A DNA stretch of 64,000 nt from Yuukianura sp. NJ FZ-2021 (taxonomy: Eukaryota), in assembly GCA_046563655.1 (NCBI GenBank), contig CM102289.1, positions 9,920,001 through 9,984,000 of the forward strand, written 5' to 3'. The notes beneath the pieces are model-generated. The model searched no databases. It had not been told where the DNA came from and worked only from the letters and a program-made list of their open reading frames with translations. Of the stretch, positions 58,201 through 64,000 are shown in pieces. A program made the position numbers and the translations under genes. Position 1 is the stretch's first letter; the number at the start of each line of letters is the position of its first letter.

Positions 58201-61200
58201 GAAAGAGGGTGATATTGGTGGAGATGTAGAAACTGAATCTGTCTGTGGATTAGGTATCATCCTAATAAGCACAAATCCACAAAAAGTGCCCTCTCATGTT
58301 TTACCAAACATCGCTTCATCTCTTCTCGTTTGTTTGCACACAGGAAAAATGGGATAAAAAGAAGAGAAAGAACATGAAAACGCCCCCCGAATCTCTACAA
58401 AGGAAGAAACCAATTCAGGATTGTGCGGAGACAAAAGAACTTTTTTCGGACTTTGTCACTGACAGACTCAGAAACTCCTACTTTGTCATTTTCAAAAAAA
58501 AAGTACGCTACTCTGAATTTTGAATATTAATTTCTAATGTTTGGAAGCTCGAAACCAAAATCCTTTTGAAGATGTTTTTCTAAAAACTAAAAAATGAGTT
58601 AGCGACTGAGATCATTTCACTGGCTTTGCTTTGTCTTTGAGGAATTCTATCCTGAGTGATAGTCTGTTGATGAAAATGCATTTGAGCAATTAAGCTGCTT
58701 AGACGAGTAACAAGGAAGCGGATTTCCTGTTCCCTCATTCCCTCTGTGTGAGGCGGGTATTAAAAAGTGGAGGGAGTAATTTTTGTGAACCTGGGAGGAT
58801 ATTGGGAGAGAGACTTAATGGAAGTTGACAATTTGTTGTTGGGTTTTGATGAAAGAAGAGATGAGATTCTTGTTTCAATTCTGAATTATTTAGAACCTGA
58901 CAAGGGATCTCAAAGGAACTCTTCTTTCTTCTAATTCCAATATCCCTCTAGTATTTTTTTAGTAAAACAAAAAAGACAATGACTTTGGAGGTTGGAATCC
59001 CTGAGGTTCAGTGAGGGGAAAAAAGAGAAAGCGGAAGGCAATTAGATTAAAAAAGAAATGTTTCAGGATGACAGACGGAGTTTCTCCACTCAGCCCAAAT
59101 CAACTTCACTTTCACTCTTGCTTTTTAGCCCCCCGAAATCCACCCCCAACATACTTTGTTAAAACACAAAACGTTCTATAAAAATTTACACAGAAAATAA
59201 ATGAAAAGACATTATTCAAAATTTAAAAATACAAAAGCAGAAAGTAGTTTGTGCTTCAGAAATTGTTTTACACTGCCTTTGTCTCGGCTTTTTGAAAGTT
59301 TGATCATGTTTACCCAACAATTTTTTTTGCAGTTAAATTTTCACTAAACTTTCAATTTTTGCGCCGTAGCACGTACGCTGACAGAGATTGAGGATGACGT
59401 GTTATTGACAGTGCGTGGCTTTTGTGTGTGTGGTTCGTTTTGCTTTGATTTAAGACTGAAACGTCGCTCAATTGCGTCGTCGTGTGTAAACTGAGAGACT
59501 GAGTGAAATGGATGATCTCGAATGTCAAATGGTTGCGTTAACATTACGTTAAGAGTAAAGGGTTGCATGTTTCCAATTGGAGGTGTTTGAAGGGCGTATT
59601 TTGAGAAGCGAAGACAATCGAGGAGAAAGTCACGTGCCGACGGCAGCCTTCTTTTCACTTGTCAACCGTCGGCACACAAATCAACACAAGCACGTAACCT
59701 GACCAGAATTTGAAAAATACTAAACTAGTGGATTGTTATTGTCAACTTACCCCTTCACTTACTAACTTCTAATCACATTTACATCTTCCATTGTTTTCAC
59801 TTGTCATCTAACTTCACGCATAATTGGAACAAATTTCAAATGTCCATTCACTTTTCAAAAAAAAAACGAAGAAGGAAACCATTCTCATTTTCCAAAAGTG
59901 CATTTAGGGGATAATCATGACTCACATTGACAAGTGACAAGTTGACATTGAGCATTGGATCATTACGCAACAAAACTAAACTTTCTTTCCACTTTTTATT
60001 TTAAACTGAAAGATTTAGTTGGAAATAGTTTAGAGCGTGAGTTGGGAAAAGTTGACTTTTGTAACTTTCTCCAGGAGCATTTAATTAAGCGTGTAAGTCT
60101 GAACGTTGTTTCGAAATGTGTAAATCTTTTGTATGGAGAAAGAGCAATCCATCATGAGATTAAGAAGACAGAATGTGAAAAGTGTCATGGTTGAATTTGG
60201 AGATTCAACTAATCAAAGATTGAGAATGGGATGGTTTTGCTCAAGGAGGCGATTCATCATTTCCACTCTCCTCCTGATTCAGATGCAGATTTGGGCGGGA
60301 AGAAAGCAAATGAAGGGAGCCACCATGAAACTCATTCACAAAGGATTAGCAACACTTCATTCATTCATCATCGCATCTCCCCTCTTTCTCTTCCTTCTCA
60401 CTCCCAAAACTTGTTTTCTGAACTAAAAATTATAAAAAGTTTTAAAAGTAACGTTATTTGTTCCTTGGTTCAGAGATTTCTTGTTTCGCAACACGACATT
60501 AATCAAATCAAGTGAGAGAATGGACTTCACAGGAAGATGGACGACTCCCGCAGAGAAAGTTGCGCAATCGCAGACCGTTCAGCTTTCACTTTTATGAACT
60601 CTCCTGTAAAAATTGATAAACTTAGATTTTTGGTTTGGGCAATTGATTGTTCTGGACGGAAGACAAAATGGTTGTGGGTTTTGAATTGAGTGTTTCGTGT
60701 TGCAACTGACCACTCAATTGATGTACCATTCCAGTTGTGACAGTTTTCCAACCGAGGTAGAATGGTTTTGATTAATCGGTTTCTTTTATGCCATTGACAC
60801 GCAGTGGCTGGACCCACTCGGTTCCTGCACAAAGTCAAAGTCAATAGAAACATCATGCAATGCTCTATGAATCTTTTTAAATTGTGGGAATAGCACACAT
60901 GACAACAAAACACAAGAATTGAAAAAAAAATGAAAGAAAATGAAGAAACTTCCAAAACTTTCTAAAGGAAAGTTTGGCTTTTACTAAAGCAAGAATTTAG
61001 ATTTGTGATTTTTGTCCTTATTTAGCTGAAATGAATCTTTTGTTGCTTAAAATCCTTGTCTTGTTGAATTTTGTGAGCTGGATGAGGATGTTGAAGGAAC
61101 CAAAGGAGAAGAGAAAGTGAAATATTTGTGGATGTTTTGTCTCATTATTCTCCTGTTTCTTTTGACACTGCTGTCTTCCCTTGATTCGGATCAGCTTCTC

Positions 61201-64000
61201 TCTTCCTCCTCTTCTGCTGAGTGCTAATCCATGCAAATGCAGTTGGAAATAATAATATCTGTTGGAGGAAGACAATGGTTTTGGCTGGGAGAAAGTAATT
61301 ACCCCAAGCAGAGGGAGAGAGACCTTGTCATTCCAAAGAGACAACCTCCACTTCATTAGAATAAATACAAAGTCTTGATTTTCTGCTTCATGATGTTTTA
61401 CAACCTCACTAGCACAAACGACTTCTTCCAAGTTTAGAATCTGAGGAATTAGAAAGTTAGTAGAAGAGTTGACGTGCTAAAAAGGCCATTCCCTAAACAA
61501 CAATTTCCTCAGACTTTCCCCAGAATGCAGAAAGTGAACTTATCCTTGGGCTCATTAATGAAGATGAGGTCATTAACACTCCTTCAACAACAACTCTCTT
61601 CATCTCCCAAACTGAGAGAACTTCCTAATGAAAGTGCATAATCCTCTTGAATCTTCCTTAGTGTAATGAGACCTTCTACTTTCACCAATTTACTAACTTA
61701 ACGCAGGAATAAGCAAAGGCTTTCACTCTCCGCACAAAACACTTCGTCTTTGTTCCTGCTAAGGGCCTACCTTCCCTCAAGTACCCCCAATTCTTTGTGG
61801 TGAAATTAATTAAGAACCTTTCCATTTTTACTTTGAAGTTATTGAAGAGAAGTTTTGAGAGAATTTTATTATGTATTTTTGAAACTAGATTTTAAAATTG
61901 CTGAAATCTAATTCTTCCTCCAATGTCATTTTTTAGAGTTTTGTGCAGCAGTTGGAGTGAATTGTGCTGTTTGTGCATGATGAGCGAATGACAAAGTCAT
62001 TTCCGTTTGGTTTTGTGCTTGAGACGTTGATTCCAATTGGAGTATCTCTGGGATCTTTTAATCCGGAGGGTGAAAGCTAAATGGATCTCTAAACTTTAAC
62101 TACTCACAACCAAATGAGAAAGTCTGTCTCTACATTGTACCAATATGCAGAGCAAAGGAAGCAAGATAGACATCTTCATGTACTTATGGGGGAGGGGGAG
62201 AAAAAAATCCTAAAGATTCAAGATAAGAATTTGAAAAAAAAATTTGAAAGTGAGGAGTGTAAAGGTAATGAAGGTCTATTGGCAAAATTATTCCAACACT
62301 CCACTCCTGCTTTCTCCATTTAATTTTTTCAAATATCTTCCTCTGGGGAATGCAATACTTTCTCCCAATGTCTCTAATTTGTTATTCTTCTACAGCTGCT
62401 CTCCTCTTTTCTTTTAGTCTTATCTACACTCATTTTTATTAGCTTCATTTCGTTTCTCCCAGACTCACATTCAGAAAATACTAAAAAATACCAATAATCA
62501 TATTTTACATAAATACGCAAAGAGAAAGTTTCATCTCAACTCCAACATCTACGATGTTGCGTTTTTTAGAACGAACAAATTGCGATTAAAAAGATTAGAC
62601 AAATTGACTTTTTTTTTCTCACAGATACTTTCACAAGTTCTAACTTGGACGATGGAGACTTTTTTTTTAAATCGTTCAAAATACAAATTTTTTTGAATCC
62701 GTTTCAGTTTTTTTTCGAATTTTCGAGAACAGAAGTTACCAATTTAGTAGAAAATTTGTGTTTAAAAACTGAGGGAGAGAGTGAAATTGGTTTTCATTTC
62801 CTTGATGCCAGGCGAGCTTTTACTTTTTATTATTACGAGCAAAAACGGTAATAAAAATGTTTAATAAAGTTCAGAAAAAAAACATAATTTTTTTAAGAGT
62901 TCAAAGCCGTATCTTTTGGAATTGCCTAAATTTTTACCCTCTGTTTTTTTTAGTTAATGCTTGAAATCTAGTGTAATTACAGACTTTTATGGGGAGAATG
63001 AAGTGTCTAAGTAATATTTAATAGAATCCTCTCATTTTCTCCACCATTTCCAATTCTACAAGCATTTTTTTTAGAGTTGAGCGCATGTGTGTTAGGTTGC
63101 GGTGTGAGGGGGGTCATTTGAGGCACAAGACGGCACTTATTCTTCTCTAAATGGATCCCTTGGGCCTCGTAAGTCCCTCTTTTCCCTGAATTTCTTTTTG
63201 AAGGAATGCGGGGGTCAAGCCTACTTTATTATGGAACCTCATTAGAAAAACATTGAAACTGTCACAAAATCCAGGAGATAATAAAAAGAAAGAGGGAGAC
63301 AGTACAAGAGTTATGACTTTGAGTTCTTTTCTATTTACACCAATCGATTACTCTTCCCGCTTCCACAATCCATTCGTCATTTAGCACTGGCACAAGGACA
63401 CATAAATTCTAAACTTAAAAAAAACGAAAATTTCGAAAAAGGAATTTCAAAAATTGGAAAGTGCGTTTCTATTGTTTTAGAAAGAGGGGAGTTGGAATTA
63501 GTAAGTTGAATTGGTTTGAATTGAGTTAAGAGAATTGGATTGGCCTCAGTGGGTGTGAAAGTAGAAGAAAAGAGAGTGAAAATAGCCGTGTCTTTTGACT
63601 AATGGTTCCCACTGAGTCTTTTGGAATTTTTTAATGGAGTTAAAAGAAGTGCTAATTGAGTTATTCAGTGTTAATTAGGAGAGTGGCAGTGAGGAACAAT
63701 GACTTTCTCCAGTGAAATGAACCGCATGCAGCTTTTCAAAAACTAAATCCTGCGGAGGGAAGAGGGGGAACGGTGGTTCATTTCACTTTCACACCCATTA
63801 TTTTTCCTACGACGACATTTAATTCAATTAACTCCAAATTCAAACTTTCCCTACTATGCCCAACCTAAAAAACGCAGAGCTCAATCCAGAATTGTTTCAA
63901 CAAATTACACAATTTTTCAAATTTTTCATTTCCGAGCTCAGAAAAACTTTGCTGAATGTTTTTGGTTTTTGAACAATTTTTTCCTGTTGCGATTGATTGA

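Noticed and set aside
58607..58617. TGAGATCATTT resembling the bantam miRNA 5' end
   Set aside because: The 3' half does not match and no hairpin partner is evident.

Overview
This is AT-rich, intron-dense arthropod (pancrustacean) genomic DNA, not prokaryotic. Bases 1-23.7 kb hold the 5' two-thirds of a hypervariable Dscam1 gene on the minus strand (signal peptide, Ig1-9, FN1-4, start of Ig10). It has three mutually exclusive exon arrays, which I mapped by hand to 11 Ig2 ('exon 4'), 20 Ig3 ('exon 6') and 14 Ig7 ('exon 9') variants, giving 3,080 ectodomain combinations. Each array has a recognisable docking-site/selector RNA-pairing system. The most unusual observation is that 7 of the 11 Ig2 variants are not single exons but pairs of half-exons split by a phase-2 intron at two shared positions, and the last Ig7 variant is split into three pieces. 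This could allow combinatorial shuffling of half-exons. Head-to-head with the Dscam promoter lies an unannotated ~272-nt Pol III-type structured RNA with 7SK snRNA hallmarks. The rest of the window contains a histidine acid phosphatase, a 3-Ig/1-FN3 GPI-type adhesion molecule, the SR-like splicing factor Rsf1 with alternative 3' ends, MED17, two tandem CRAL-TRIO/SEC14-like genes, and long non-coding stretches. All exon boundaries and pairings were read by eye and were not computed.
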